Source: Eledone cirrhosa (taxonomy: Eukaryota). From it: DNA of 64,000 nt. Position 1 is the first letter of the stretch. Each line of letters opens with the position of its first letter. Location: assembly GCA_964016885.1 (NCBI GenBank), contig OZ024741.1, positions 153,388,001-153,452,000 on the forward strand, in the 5' to 3' direction. The notes beneath the pieces were generated by a model, which saw only the letters and a list, made by a program, of their open reading frames with translations, ran no database searches and had not been told where the DNA came from. Positions 24,605 through 38,092 of this stretch are shown here, piece after piece. Made by a program: the position numbers and the translations under genes.

Positions 24605-26170
24605 TCCTTCTTCTTCTTCACCCACTTTCCTGGGAGAGTCACGGGGGCAGAGTCCTCGAGCATGCCTTCCAGTGGGTCCTGTCAAAAGTAAGCATCCCTA
24701 ATTGATCTTGCTGGATCCCCTAGTGAGCTGATGGATGTTATGAAACTATCTTGTTTAGGGTCTGCTCCTAGCTCTCCTGCCAGTTGGTTTTGCCCACAAA
24801 ATCTGTCCAGCAATTCTTTCCTAAGACATTCTGATCACATGTTCGTAGTATCAGGGCTGTGAACTGTCAAATCGGAAAAGTAGTGGCTCTAGCTGAAGCG
24901 ACTTCCTGGTCTCTGAGCTATGCACTCTTTTGAGTTACATTACTCCAAAAACACTTTGGAAAAACCCCATTTTGGCTTCTTGTATTTGCGATTATATTCT
25001 TTCAGCCATTATACAAGATTCATGACCATGGGTAAGAGTTGGCATGAATACCAAATTGAAGATAGTGAGTTTGGCTTTTATACCTACCTCCCTTCTTCTA
25101 ATGACTGAATGCTGAAGCTACCACATTACTGCACCAGCTCCTGCAATCCTTACACTTAATTCAGCCTTCCAACGCAGTCACAAGATACTTAAACTTCTCC
25201 ACCTGCTTCAGTGAAATTTTACTCACATGTAGAGTGCACTGCACAGGCTTCCTTGAGGAAACAAAAATCTCATTCATCACAGCACCAATTTTCATTCCTG
25301 CCATGCAGCATGGCAGCAAATCTATCAAGTTCATGTCAGAGATCACTTTTTGATGAGTTAAGCAGTACCATGTTATCTGCAAATTTCAGCCAACTGATCC
25401 TACAGCCACTAGTCTTGAACCCACTTCCAACCTGGCTGCACATGTCAATCCTGTCTATGAAGATCATGAACTGGAGAGGTAACAGTATGCACCTTTGGCA
25501 GAATCTGACACCCACATTAAATGATTTCAACATATCCGAACACAAATACTAGGGTATTTGTATAGAGACATCAGGGCAACAAAATGCTGTTGATTGATCC
25601 CATACTCCTGCAGAACTTTTCACAACAGGTCCCTGCAAGTTTTGTAGGCTCTCTTGGCTTTACATAGTTTCAAGCTGCAAAAAACTAGATGGAGATCAAT
25701 TGACAGCTAGGCCCCTCTCTTAACACGAACATCCATAGCAGAATCAAAGAGATCAGAGACGATAACAAAATCAATTATTGATCCTCAATTCACCTTATAC
25801 CATGTGTAGTTATAAATGTTTTTGTGTTGAAATAAAGTGTTCATAGTAGAGAGCCTATTACTAGAAGAGAAGTCTAATAAGGACTCTCCATTCATATTTA
25901 GATTGAGATCGCCATTCCTTCCAATTACTTCTTTCCCTGTTAGGTAGTCAGTCCAATAGGTGCATTGAAGTCCCCATTAAGATATATAACTCAGTCTTAA
26001 CTACATCTAACACTGCAATGACTTCATCAAGGAAGGATCTGTATTTGGATTTTCTGTTTGGCACACAAAATTGCATTATCTATATATCTACAATGCACAT
26101 CAAACTGCTTAATCAGACATATTCTCCTTAGCTTCCTTAACCCTACCAGATAGTCAAACTCACAGGAAGA
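24605..26170 (-). mobile_element. Decayed RTE-like LINE (APE remnant, then RT)
   Basis: MGDFNA-like remnant near 25970, then GVRFCQRCILLPLQF, FADN and QVEKFKYL. Same family as 9375-10180. Confidence 0.75.
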
Positions 26171-26184
26171 TAAATATAAATCCA

Positions 26185-28455
26185 CTAGGAGCAAATTATA
26201 GTTCCCGCCCCTTGGTATGCCTCTAATCTGCCTGCAAACACAATATAAGAATTATTTACTATAAACCGGACTGCCCCTTTGAGTTTATCCTTTGTCCAGT
26301 TAGTGTGCCTGCTGTACCTTATTCTAGACATGAACCCCCTGTCACTCCTAAAGGAAACATACTTAAACTTATTTCCCAAAACCAGGTTTATTCTACCTAC
26401 TCCTTTCTCAACCAAATCCAGTTCCAAATTAGTATATAGGGTGGAGATGTCATACATACATACATTGTTTTTATTATACTTATTCTGCCTAATCTAGTCA
26501 AAAATTCATTAGTAAATCCTATACTCCACCATATATTCATTCCACTATTTGTAAGAATCATGTCACAATATCTATTAAATGTCTTCTTAATTAACACGAA
26601 AGCCACATTAACATAAATAGCCACCTGTTTGTTGATGTGCATACTTGTCCTAGCTATAAATCAACTTCCATAAGGCGTCTTGTGTAACTTCAGGATTCAG
26701 AAGATTCTGGGGATACATTTCTTCCTTCAATTGGTAACCACTCAAATCCTCCTCTATAAGCCTACATCTTTCCACCAGCAAACCGATATTCCCCAGGTTT
26801 AGCTTGTAGGTTCCATTAAAATTAAAATTAATATCACTCTCAAGCCCAAACCAACAGGTAGTAACTTTTGCAGACTACAATGAAATTACCCACTACCTTA
26901 TCCGCAAATGTGATGATATAATTTTCATGGAACCCACTTAAAAGTTGCATTACTTTCAGCCTATTAAGTATTGACATTCCCCTGGACTATTGTACCCAAC
27001 CCCTTTAACCTACTCTTTACCAAGCTAACAACCCCTTTTTCCATCCATTCTCTGAATACCTCACTAGCAATACCATATTTGTTAGCTAACCTACCCACAA
27101 AATCATTAAATGATGATCTATTCATCCTAACAGATTCCCTATATGTTGTTCCTTTCATCATAAGCCATATGAGATACTTGTTCACAATTATATTCAGGTT
27201 ACCTGTAATTATGTACCCTACTCCTTGGTAGCAGAACCTAGAACTTTCACATCACACAACTTCTCACAAGTTTCCCTGAAACCTTCACCATTAATATCTA
27301 CTAAATACCTATCATAATTAAACAATCTCCTCCCGACCATTGGTCCATATGAATAAGTGATGCAAATTCTCTTCTCTGTTAGCTCTTCAAGCAAGCATCC
27401 ATGTATATTCCTATTGCCAAAAATAGAATTTAAATACAACCTATCCAGTGATTTACTGATGAAAGGAATTCTAAAATATTCCATTTTGACCTTTTTACCC
27501 TTATCCTTTGCATCCTAATTAATCAATTAGAGAAAACTAACCTCTGATGATTTTTCCTCACAAATTCCCATCATATCCCTCCACTCATACTTGGATCAAG
27601 CCCTTAACAACACAAAACATTGGTAACATTCCTTGGAACCATATAGTTCGACTAACTTCTTCCACCTACATTCTGTGTCACAATTACCTCTCCTAACTTT
27701 TCTTAACTATCTATTTCCATGGCTACATGTTTTCCTTAGCATAGACTGAGAAAAATAGACATTGTTATCCTTATCCTCCTTCTTAAATATCATACCAAAA
27801 CCACCAACCCCATCATTCAACCCCAGTGGGTATATATGGCACATTACCCTAATCCAGTAATTCTCTTTAACTAAAAACTCTTGTTTAGTCATATATCCTA
27901 CTGCCTCAACCTGGTCAATGACCTTCCTTATTCTGCCTAAAGTGTTCATATATACATAAAGATTTAGCCAAATAAAAGGCCTGTCTGTGTCCACTGAGTT
28001 GCTGATACAACAGCTGAGTTGTCTACCCTATATATTGCAAACCACACTTACTACACCAAATAACATATGCAACATAACAAGTTTGCAGTTAAACTTCAAA
28101 CCGCTATCCACTAGGAAACCCTTGCCCATAACAAAACTTTCAAAGGTTCTTTCACATATAAGTATGTCGCAACATTTACACACCTTCAGAACCACATTTC
28201 TCTGCCAAACTGTTACAAATCATCCACATAGGCATAATCATTTCTGTTAAAATAGTTTGCGATCCGAGCTTATCTTTAGTAGCTCTTCTGTACACAACAA
28301 ATCTACCCAATATACTCAGACTGGAGGAAACAACTAGCTGACAGGGACCATTTAATTAAATATATACATATATAAGTTATGCCTGTATATATACAGAGTG
28401 AATAACCTTGAAACCTTAGATAGCAGTTATTGTTCCATGTATGAACATAAATAAA
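26185..28455 (-). mobile_element. Decayed Penelope-like element with N-terminal GIY-YIG (Naiad-like)
   Basis: Order on the minus strand: CKCC, VAYVIWCSKCGLQYIG*T, ENYWIR..YPLGLND, FRIPFISK, IITGNLNII, KGTTYRE, ADK, WWSI, YDISTLYTNL. Confidence 0.8.
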
Positions 28456-28527
28456 TCATCATCATCATCACCATTTATCATCCATGATAATGATGATGAT
28501 AATGATATATGTATATTTATATCTATT

Positions 28528-28960
28528 AATAAGAAACACATGCACCAGTTGCTTTCACTTCAATTTATTATATATTTATAAATTTACAAATTTATAAATT
28601 TATAAATTTCTGGTTGGTTGGTTGGTTCCACAACCAGATAGTTGTTTATATATAGTCATAGTCCTTTGTTTCTGTGCACAGAAACAAAGAAAGGAATCCC
28701 CAGTCACTGAAGAGGTCACAGAGTGTGTGACGAAAGGACTATGACTATATATAAACAACTATCTGGTTGTGGAACCAACCAACCAACCAGAAATTTATAA
28801 ATTTATAAATTTGTAAATTTATAAATATATAATAAATTGAAGTGAAAGCAACTGGTGCATGTGTTTCTTATTGGCAACATGACCCTCCCAAAGTATAACA
28901 ATATCGGTTTCAACACACGATTTCAGATAAAGAATCTTGCTAAACAAATTCAGAAACGAT
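28528..28960 (+). mobile_element. PLE pseudo-LTR fold-back (140-bp arms 28528-28667 / 28733-28872) with HHR and ORF-start tail
   Basis: Essentially perfect inverted repeat. The tail MTLPKYNNIGFNTRFQIKNLAKQIQKR is homologous to 44168-44240. Confidence 0.8.
28702..28746 (+). ncRNA. Minimal type-I hammerhead ribozyme
   Basis: AGTCA-CTGAAGA-G-GTCACA(gagtg)TGTGAC-GAAA-GGAC-TA-TGACT. Stem I AGTCA/TGACT. Confidence 0.78.
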
Positions 28961-29009
28961 ATATCTATTAAATTATTTATTTATTTTCATATATAATACA
29001 CACACATAT

Positions 29010-30480
29010 ATCATCATTATCATCATCATTACCGTTTAACATCCACTTTTCCACGCTGGCATGGGTTAGACGAGTTATCCTGTTGTGAAAAATGCCAAGT
29101 CAGGTGACCATGTCTTGCTCATACAGAACTGATTTTGGCCTGGTTTCTACAGCTGGATGCCCTTCCTAGCACCAACCACACATATAATGAGTACAGTGTG
29201 GACTGGGTGCTTTTTGCCATGACACCTAGATGACCACTCTACAGTGTGGGCTGGAGGCTTCACTAGATGTATATTTCAGCTTGTCTTCATGAGGGATGTA
29301 TGGGAATGTGTGTGGTGGGGTAGTGCATGCTATATATATGCTTCAGCTATGGCCTATGCCCGTCGGAATTCGGGTCTTCTGTATTACTGCACAACGTCAG
29401 AGATCATGGTTCTGTGTCATCACCTTTGAGAGGTGCAATTGGGTGAGGTCAGATTTTATCACCTCATCCCAAGTCTTCTTGAGTCTCCCCACTCCAAGGC
29501 TTCCAAGGTCAGCCGACCGGACACTGCCCACAACAGGACAACCCCTCTAACCCATGCTAGTGTGGAAGAACGGACGTAAAACGGTGATGATGATGATGAT
29601 GTATGTCATCATCATCATCATCATCAACACCGTTTCACTGTTGTGGGCAGTGTCTGGTCGGCTGACCTTGTCTTGTTCATACGGGAACTGATTCTGGATT
29701 GATTTCTACAGCTGGATGCCCTTCCTAACACCAACCTCATTTACAGTGAGTGCTGGGTGCTTTTTTGCCGTGGTGCCTACACGTCAACTTTGCAGTGTGG
29801 GCTGGGTGCTTTTTTGTCGTGGCACCTCCACGGCCACTTTGCAGTAGTGGGGAGGGGGGCATATTGTCTATATGCTTCAGCTTCGGCTCGTTCCTGTGGG
29901 AAGTTGGATCTTCTGTATTACTGCGCGACGCCAGACATCACTGTCATGTGTCATTGCTCTTGAGAGGTGCAATTGTGTAAGGTCGGCCTTTATGACCTTA
30001 TCCTAGGTCTTCTTGGGTCTCCCCACTTCGCGGCTTCCATCAACTTCTAGTGCTCTGCACCTTTTTATGCAGCTATCATCCTTCATACACATCACATGTC
30101 CATTCCAACGTAACCTCCTCTCCTACACACAGCATTTGATTCCTCTTATGCTCAGTCTCTCTTTTAATTCGTTTATGCTTTGTCGTTCACGTATATTACT
30201 GTTACACATCCATCGGAGCATGCAGGCTTCGTTTCTCTCTAATCTACGTAAGTCTTCCACCTTCAGTGCCCAGGTCTCACTACCATGTAACATTGCTGTT
30301 CGTATACACGCATCATACAGTCTGCCTTTCATTTTGAGGGAAAAGCTTTTTGCAGCTAGCAGTGGCAGTATCTCCCTGAACTTCTTCCATCCCGTTCTTA
30401 CCCTGGTTATTGTACTTTCCTAACACCCACCTCCGCTGGTAATTCGGTCACCTAGAAAGCAGAAGCTGTCTACTGTTTCT
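29010..30480 (-). mobile_element. Cluster of RTE 3' fragments, including an RT C-terminal piece of a sister subfamily (29900-30480)
   Basis: MKGRLYDACIRTAMLHGSETWALKVEDLRRLERNEA, (CAT)n tails, and a small plus-strand piece at ~29510-29600. Confidence 0.88.
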
Positions 30481-30654
30481 ACAGATACATATATATATAC
30501 ATATATATACATATATATATATATATACACATACATATATATACATATATATATACATACATATATATGCATACATATATATACATATGTATATACATAC
30601 ATATATATATACATATATATACATACATATATACATACATATATATACATACAA

Positions 30655-30915
30655 ACATCCCTGCTTGCAAGGGTGGGACGGGAACTGATTCTGGCTTGAT
30701 TTCTACAGCTGGATGCCCTTCCTAACACCAACCTCCTTTACAGTGAGTGCTGGATGCTTTTTTTGCCGTGGCACCTCCACAACCACTTTGCAGTCGAAGG
30801 ATAGGGACCCATTCCCTATCAACTCATTTCTACAGCTGAGTAAACTGGAGCAATGTGAAATAAAGCGTCTTGCTCAAAGAAACAACACATCACCCGGTTT
30901 GTGAATTGAACTCAC
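30655..30915 (-). mobile_element. tRNA-head SINE with RTE-derived tail
   Basis: Reverse-complement homologue of 39336-39672. Confidence 0.8.
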
Positions 30916-30952
30916 AATATTTACATACATATATATACATATATATACATAC

Positions 30953-31560
30953 ATGGTGGCTGCCAACTCGTTTTCGAGTACGGCCACTACTTTATATCCA
31001 TGTAGGAGAACCCCTACCGATGTGCTAAACAAGTGTGACTTCTTAGTCCAGCCAGCGACTTGAAAACTCTGGTACAAGCACTACACCTGTGACAATTATT
31101 GACACATAGTGCTGGGCCCATGGCACCATTTGACGACAAGTGCAGAGAGATCTCCAGATACAAAGCAATGCCTGTGCCGTGAAGCTTTTATAGTGAGCAA
31201 AGGCACTGCACAAAGCCAGTCCCACTCTCTTAGCCAAGATGATATTTACCAAAAAGAAGAACAAGCCAACATCATTGGATACCATCAGGGTTGCAGGTGT
31301 TATATCAGAATTTTCCTTCTCCTAGAATTCTGCATTGACAAAGGCTAAGGGGTATTCTCTCCCGGTGATTTTGGATGGCCATTGACTCTTAAGAGCTCCT
31401 TTGCCCTTTGACAGGTTTTGTTTTTAGTCCTGCAGGATGTCCAAAGTCACCCTCCTCACCAAGAAACCTTGGTGGGGTTGCCAGTTTAGTCGCCAACGAC
31501 CTGACCATGAGACAGGTTGTACTGGGATACATGTTACCAGTAGCACCAACTGGTGACCTG
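30953..31560 (-). mobile_element. ~600-bp non-coding interspersed element resembling an RTE 5' UTR
   Basis: Close copy at 38686-39292 and diverged copy at 39997-40520. CTAGGAGAAGGAAAA-type motif. Strand inferred. Confidence 0.75.
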
Positions 31561-31573
31561 ACATACATACATA

Positions 31574-31613
<40 letters not shown>

Positions 31614-31649
31614 CATACATATACATATATATACATACATATATATACT

Positions 31650-34600
31650 CCCACTCTCTCTAACATATACATCCCTCTCGACCTCTCACTCCCTAATATA
31701 AATAAGAATGTTACGAGGGACAAAACCTCAGAACTTGTCAACCCTTATTAAATGGTCAGTCGATTCTACGAAAATGTAATGTATTATAGAACATTTTCTT
31801 CCTGTCTCCTTAAAACCTCGTTCATTCATCCATATATATCTACAATCGTTGCTATTCTTGCTTTAAATTAATCTTCTCCACGCTGGTTCTAAATAATCTC
31901 CCTCATTGCTAACTACCCCATATCACTCCCTCCCGCCCCCACTCTCCACCTTTACTATTTGGACCAATCACAAGTCAACGGCCTATGCTATCACTACTGG
32001 CTGCTTTTCGATATGATGGATGGACTAAGGAATTTCTGGAGAGTCTGAAGAATCTGGACACTCGATGACAATGCCAAAGATAACGACAAATTCACCTCAT
32101 GCTGCCGGACGAAGGGGCAAGGACCCCCCCCTCTTTGTTTCGGCCGCGGATGGCCGACATAACCCCAAACTCATTCCCCTCACCTCTCCCTGCGCCCCAT
32201 CCTCCAAACACAATCCAAAACTTCAGAGTTGGTACCATGAACGTAGGCACCTTAAAAGGCCGCTCTAACGAGGTTGTAGAAATGCTTGAACGTAAGGAGG
32301 TTGATGTTTGCTGTATCCAAGAGACCAGGTGGAGGGGCGGATCTGCTAGATTCATTGTGGGTAAAAAACGTTGCTATAAGCTTTTCTGGGTGGGGAATGA
32401 CAATGGGATAGGTGGGGTAGGAATCATGTTAGCAGAAAAATGGGTGGATAAGATAATAGATGTAAATAGAGTGAATGACAGAATAATTAAAATAAGACTT
32501 GTTCTAAACAGAACTACTGTGACAGTAATATCTGCATACGCACCCCAATCCGGACTGCCTGGCGCTATAAAAGACAGATTCTATGAGACACTGATGCTCA
32601 CTACCTCCCAAATAACCGACAGTGACTATATAATTATTGCTGGCGACCTAAATGGTCACGTTGGACAACATTGTGACGGCTATGACGGAATCCACGGAGG
32701 CTATGGGTTTGGTACTAGAAACGAGGAAGGCTCCAGAATCCTGGAATTCTGTGATGCGAACAACCTAACTATCTGTAACACTAACTTCAAAAAACGAGAC
32801 AATCACTTGATCACCTACAGATCAGGAGAATATACCAGCCAGGTAGATTATATCCTTACCAGAAGACGTGACAGAGTGTCTGTTGTAAACACTAAATCCC
32901 TCCCCCATGAAGAATGCACCTCCCAACATAGACTGATAATTAGCGACCTCATAGTCAGGACGAGACATACTAGACAGCAGAAGAGGACTATCCTCAGGAG
33001 AAAAATATGGAAGCTAAAGGATCCCACAGCCAGAAATAAATTTCAAAGCATATTACTTGATGCTTTCGACAGTAAGGAAGAGCAATTAGAGTCGTACAAG
33101 GTAGAGGAACAGTGGGAATTCCTGAAAGCAAACCTGCTGATGGCGGCAGACGAAGTCTGTGGCTGGAGCAGGCCTGTAGGCAGGAGGAGAGTAACATGGT
33201 GGTGGAACAGTAAGGTGGAGGGGTCAATCAAGGCCAAAAAGCAGGCTTGGAAAGCATGGCGGGATGGGGGAAGTAGAGAAGACTATCAAGTGGCCAGGAG
33301 GGAAGCTAGGAGACAATTGTACTTAGCAAGAAGGGAAGCAGAGGAAAGAAAGTTCAAGCATGTTCTACAACGCGAGGACCAAAAACGTGAGGTGTTCAGG
33401 ATTGCCAGGCAATGCGTCAAGGAAAACCGTGATATTGTCGGGGAGAAGTGTGTACTTAACGATGACGGCGTACTTGCCATCACCGACGCTGATAAGAAGG
33501 TAGCTTGGAAGTGCCACTACGAAAGGCTACTAAATGAGGAGAATAAATGGGAGAAAGACAGTCTCCCCCATATCGACCCAATAGAGGGACCAGCAGTGTT
33601 AGTCGAGGGGAGTATAATAAGTAAGGCAATCAAGGATATGAAGACGGGTAAGGCGGCTGGGCCTTCGGAAATAGTTGCTGAGATGCTGAAAGCCTCCGGT
33701 ACGGTGGGACACACCATGGTCACCCGGATAGTAAACCAAGTCATACAGAATGGGGTTGTTCCGAAGGACTGGCGTAGCAGCATCATCGTTAACTGTTACA
33801 AGGGTAAAGGAGATGCCCTAGATAGGAGTAACTATAGAGGCATTAAATTAATCGACCAGGTCATGAAGGTCACGGAAAAAGTAATAGCGCAACTAATCAG
33901 AGAGAGAATTGACCTAGATGAAATGCAGTTCGGGTTTGTGTCAGGCAAAAGTACCACAGACGTTCTTTTCATAGTACGACAACTACAGGAGAAGTACCTA
34001 GCTAAAGGTAAACCCCTCTACTTAGCTTTTGTCGACTTGGAGAAAGCCTTCGACAGAGTCCCCCGTTCCATTATCTGGTGGGCTCTTAGAAAACTAGGTG
34101 TTGACAAATGGCTTGTGAGAGCCATACAAGCCATGTATAAAGAAACAGTCAGCAAGGTTAGAATTAACAACGAATATAGTGAAGAGTTTAGCGTAAAAGT
34201 TGGCGTCCATCAGGGCTCTGTTCTCAGCCCCCTACTATTTATTATTGCCCTTCAGGCTATAACAGAGGAGTTCAAGACAGGCTGCCCATGGGAACTCCTA
34301 TACGCAGACGACCTGACACTCATAGCTGAATCAATGGCCGAGCTAGAGAAGAAATTCCAAACATGGAAGCACGGCCTAGAATCAAAAGGACTTAAAATTA
34401 ACCTGGCTAAGACTAAAGTTCTAGTTTCTAGGAAAGAAAATAAGGTGCCGGTCCCCTCTGGGAAATGGCCATGCTCAGTGTGTAGGAAAGGCGTAGGTAG
34501 AAACTCCATTTTATGTCCCAAATGCAAAGTATGGGTGCATAAAAGATGTAGTGGGATCACAGGTAAGCTAACTAAGAACACAGATTTTACATGTGGCCGG

Positions 34601-35620
34601 TGCTCTGGTGCAATAAGTAGCAGCAAGTGCCCACAAATACTAACTCTTTCAATTGCGCAGAGGGTTCTATAGAAATAGTGGACAGCTTCCGTTACCTGGG
34701 TGACAAAATCAGCAGTGGGGGAGGGTGCTCTGAAAGTACAGTAGCTAGAGTCAGAACTGGATGGAAAAAGTTCAGAGAGCTTATACCACTATTAGCCGCT
34801 AAAGGGTTCTCCCTAAAAATGAAAGCAGGTTGTATGATGCCTGCATACGAACAGCATGGCAGTGAGACCTGGGCATTGTGTGCAGAGGATATACGCAGAC
34901 TAGAGAGGAACGAAGCTTGCATGCTCCGCTGGATGTGTAATAGTAATATACGTGAACGGCAAAGCATAAATGAACTAAGGAAAAAATTAGAAATAAGAGG
35001 GATCAGATGTTGTTTACTCGAGAGAAGGCTACGTTGGTATGGTCACGTGATGCGCATGAAAGGAGACAGCTGTATAACAAAGTGCAGGGCAATAAAGATA
35101 GATGGTAGCCACGGAGTAGGCAGACCCAGGAAAACCTGCGACGAGCTGATAAATTCCGACCTCATACACTTACACCTCTCCAAGACAATGTCACTGGACC
35201 GAGACCTTTGGCGGTACTCAGTAACAGAGAAGACCCGCCTTACCTAAATACAAAGTAAAACCTACTAGTCAGTAGGCATCTCTAACAAAATACACCCCGT
35301 CCCACCCTATCCACACCGCCCCCTTCAATGCAAAGTTATGTTGGTGCCACAACATCCAGGCCGAAACAAACGAGATCGTGTAGGTGTCACGACAAAAAAA
35401 CACACAGTCCACGCTGTAATGTGGCCGTGTAGGCAACACGGTAAAAACCTCCCAGTCCCACACTGTAAATGTGGTTGGTGTTAGGAAGGTCATCCAACTG
35501 TAGAAAACCTGCCAGACAGTCCTATGCGAGCAAGACAACCACTCTTGCCTCAAGTGGGAAAACCCCCGTCCAAACCCATGCAAGCGTGGAACAGGGACGT
35601 TAATGATGATGATGATGATG
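31650..35620 (+). mobile_element. RTE LINE copy 2, near full length, frameshifted
   Basis: 5' UTR, ATG at 32071, APE and RT domains, 3' UTR and (GAT)n tail. Confidence 0.95.
32071..35247 (+). pseudogene. Disrupted RTE endonuclease/RT ORF
   Basis: ORFs 32099-34672 and 34627-35247. Indels near 32100, 34637, 34825 and 34856 relative to copy 3. Confidence 0.93.
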
Positions 35621-35789
35621 ACATATATATACATACATATATATACATATATATACATACATATATATATATATACATATATATATATACATATATATAT
35701 ACATACTTATACATACATATATATACATATGCATGTACATATATATACATACACATATATATATACATACATATACATACATACATGTA

Positions 35790-35850
<61 letters not shown>

Positions 35851-35872
35851 CATATATATACATACATACATG

Positions 35873-35905
<33 letters not shown>

Positions 35906-35940
35906 GTATACATATATATACATACATGTATATACATACA

Positions 35941-35978
<38 letters not shown>

Positions 35979-36081
35979 CATACATATATATACATTCATA
36001 TATATATATATACATATATATATATACATGTATATATATACATATATATACATACATACATGTATATACATACATATATAT

Positions 36082-36112
<31 letters not shown>

Positions 36113-36134
36113 CATATATATACATACATACATG

Positions 36135-36167
<33 letters not shown>

Positions 36168-36202
36168 GTATACATACATATACATACATGTATATACATA
36201 CA

Positions 36203-36240
<38 letters not shown>

Positions 36241-36325
36241 CATATATATATATACACATACATATATATATATACATACATATATATATACATATATATA
36301 TACATATATATATATACATATATAT
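35621..36325. repeat. ~700-bp (TA)n/(TACA)n compound microsatellite
   Basis: Direct inspection. It generates spurious Y/I/H/T-rich ORFs. Confidence 0.97.
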
Positions 36326-36734
36326 CTCCCACATCCACGATACAAATCATGCCCTTAGACTCTTCAACTCCTTCTCCTTTCCTCCTGGTCCCTCCCGTCT
36401 TCTCTTTACCCTGGACATCACTTCTCTCTATACCGTCATCCCTCATGATGACGGCCTCCGCGTTCTCCAGCATTTTTTAGATTTACACCCTACCCCTTAC
36501 CCCAGCACTACCACTCTTCTCCGTCTGGCTGAGCTTTTCTCACCCTTAATGGATTTTCTTTTTGGGGTGAATTTTACCAGCAGGTCTCTGGGGTAGCGAT
36601 GGGAACCAGAATAGGTCCAAACTATGCCAATTGTTTGTTGGCTACGTCGAAGCCCAGATCTTCTCCCAGTACGCTGGACCGACTCCTGCATGGATATCTC
36701 CCCACCTTGATCCAATCTGCTCTCACCCGCGCCT

Positions 36735-37382
36735 GTGAAACAGACCACCCCCACTCTCCCAACACCTGTGTTCCTTTCCCTCTCACCTACCACCCCATCA
36801 CCCTATCACTCCGGCGACATATCCTCCGTTCCTTCCGTATCCTCTCTTCTGACCCCCGTCACTTCTCACTTTTTTCCAAACCCACCCATTACTGCTTTTA
36901 AGCGCGCCCGAAACCCCCGCGATCTCTTGGTTCGCAGTTCATTTTCGTCCTCTCCCATGACTCCACCCGGCTCTCATCCTTGTTCCCGTTCCCACTGCAA
37001 TACTTGTCCCTTTATTTCCACCCTCACCACTCTTACAGGCCCTAACAGGTCTTTCCGTATCCGCCATTCCTTCACCTGCACATCCACCCATGTTGTCTAT
37101 GCCCTCCGGTGTTCCCTTTGCGGGTCTTTATATATCGGACAAACGGGACGCCGTATGGCAGACCGTTTTGCGGAACATTTGAGGGACATACGACTCGGAT
37201 TGGATACTCCTGCCGCCCATCATTTCTGTTTTCCCGGTCATTCTTCCTTACATGTTTCAGTCCTGGGTGTCCTTTTACATCATCAATCACAGGCCTCGTG
37301 CACCAGGACTGAACAAAGTCTGATTCACTGTCTTGGGTCCTATTCCCCTCTTGGACTCAACTCACCTCCCCAATTTCTCTAA
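36735..37382 (+). pseudogene. PLE GIY-YIG endonuclease domain
   Basis: CSRSHCNTC...FTCTSTHVVYALRCSLCGSLYIGQTGR...RFAEH...HF...H...EQSLI...PLGLN. Confidence 0.9.
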
Positions 37383-37777
37383 TACCCCGTCCATTATCAC
37401 ACCCCTAGATTCCTATCACTTTCTCTTTGCTCATAACTTCGTACTTACATGCACACACACAGTCTTTTACTCACATATACACACACATTTCTTCTTAGCT
37501 TCGTACAGACCTATAATAACACACACAAACACACACACACAAACTCATACTTACACACGTGCTCAAGTATAGCTCTTTTTACAAAACGTTTTTTTTTTCC
37601 ATTTCAGGTAGACGCGCGCCATCATCCACTTTTCTAAAAAACAAATCATACACAAAACGCCAGCAGCAAAAGTTTTGCAAGAGATGTCAACATGAATGGA
37701 CCTGTTATTTTTATCTAAAGACATTTTTTCCAATTCCATCCCGCCCATCCCCTTAATCTATTTTATTTCTCATTCTT

Positions 37778-37813
37778 TCTTCTGATGAAGGACTAGCGTC
37801 CGAAACGTTAAGA
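37778..37813 (+). ncRNA. Minimal type-I hammerhead ribozyme in a PLE pLTR
   Basis: TCTT-CTGATGA-A-GGAC(tagc)GTCC-GAAA-CG-TT-AAGA, palindromic AACGTT stem III. Confidence 0.82.
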
Positions 37814-37900
37814 CCCTCTTCCTGCTATATCAAACGTTAACCTGATATATATCTTCCATATACTGTACCGATTATTTTGTTATTTTTGTTTACCTTTTAC

Positions 37901-37933
<33 letters not shown>

Positions 37934-38092
37934 ATTAGTACATCTACCAACATAACACCTATGCTAGCAAATATATATGTTATGTCTTAGTACCTTTGTG
38001 GTTCTATGCAGGGGGATGCAGAACAATTATATGAAAGACGTAAAATAAGAAAATTTTAAAAATTAAAAATCAACTTACTTACTAAAATTTTC

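Larger units (their letters stand above)
36325..37900 (+). mobile_element. 5'-truncated, internally deleted Penelope-like element (RT->GIY-YIG, Neptune-like)
   Basis: IHDTNHAL...[35 protein letters not shown], Cys motif and GIY-YIG, then pLTR with HHR. Confidence 0.9.

Noticed and set aside
35550-36596. Long Y/I/H/T/M/C-rich ORFs (also near 17560-18330, 30420-30730, 38370-38810 and 63380-63680)
   Set aside because: They are translations of (TA)n/(CATA)n/(TG)n microsatellites that happen to lack stops.
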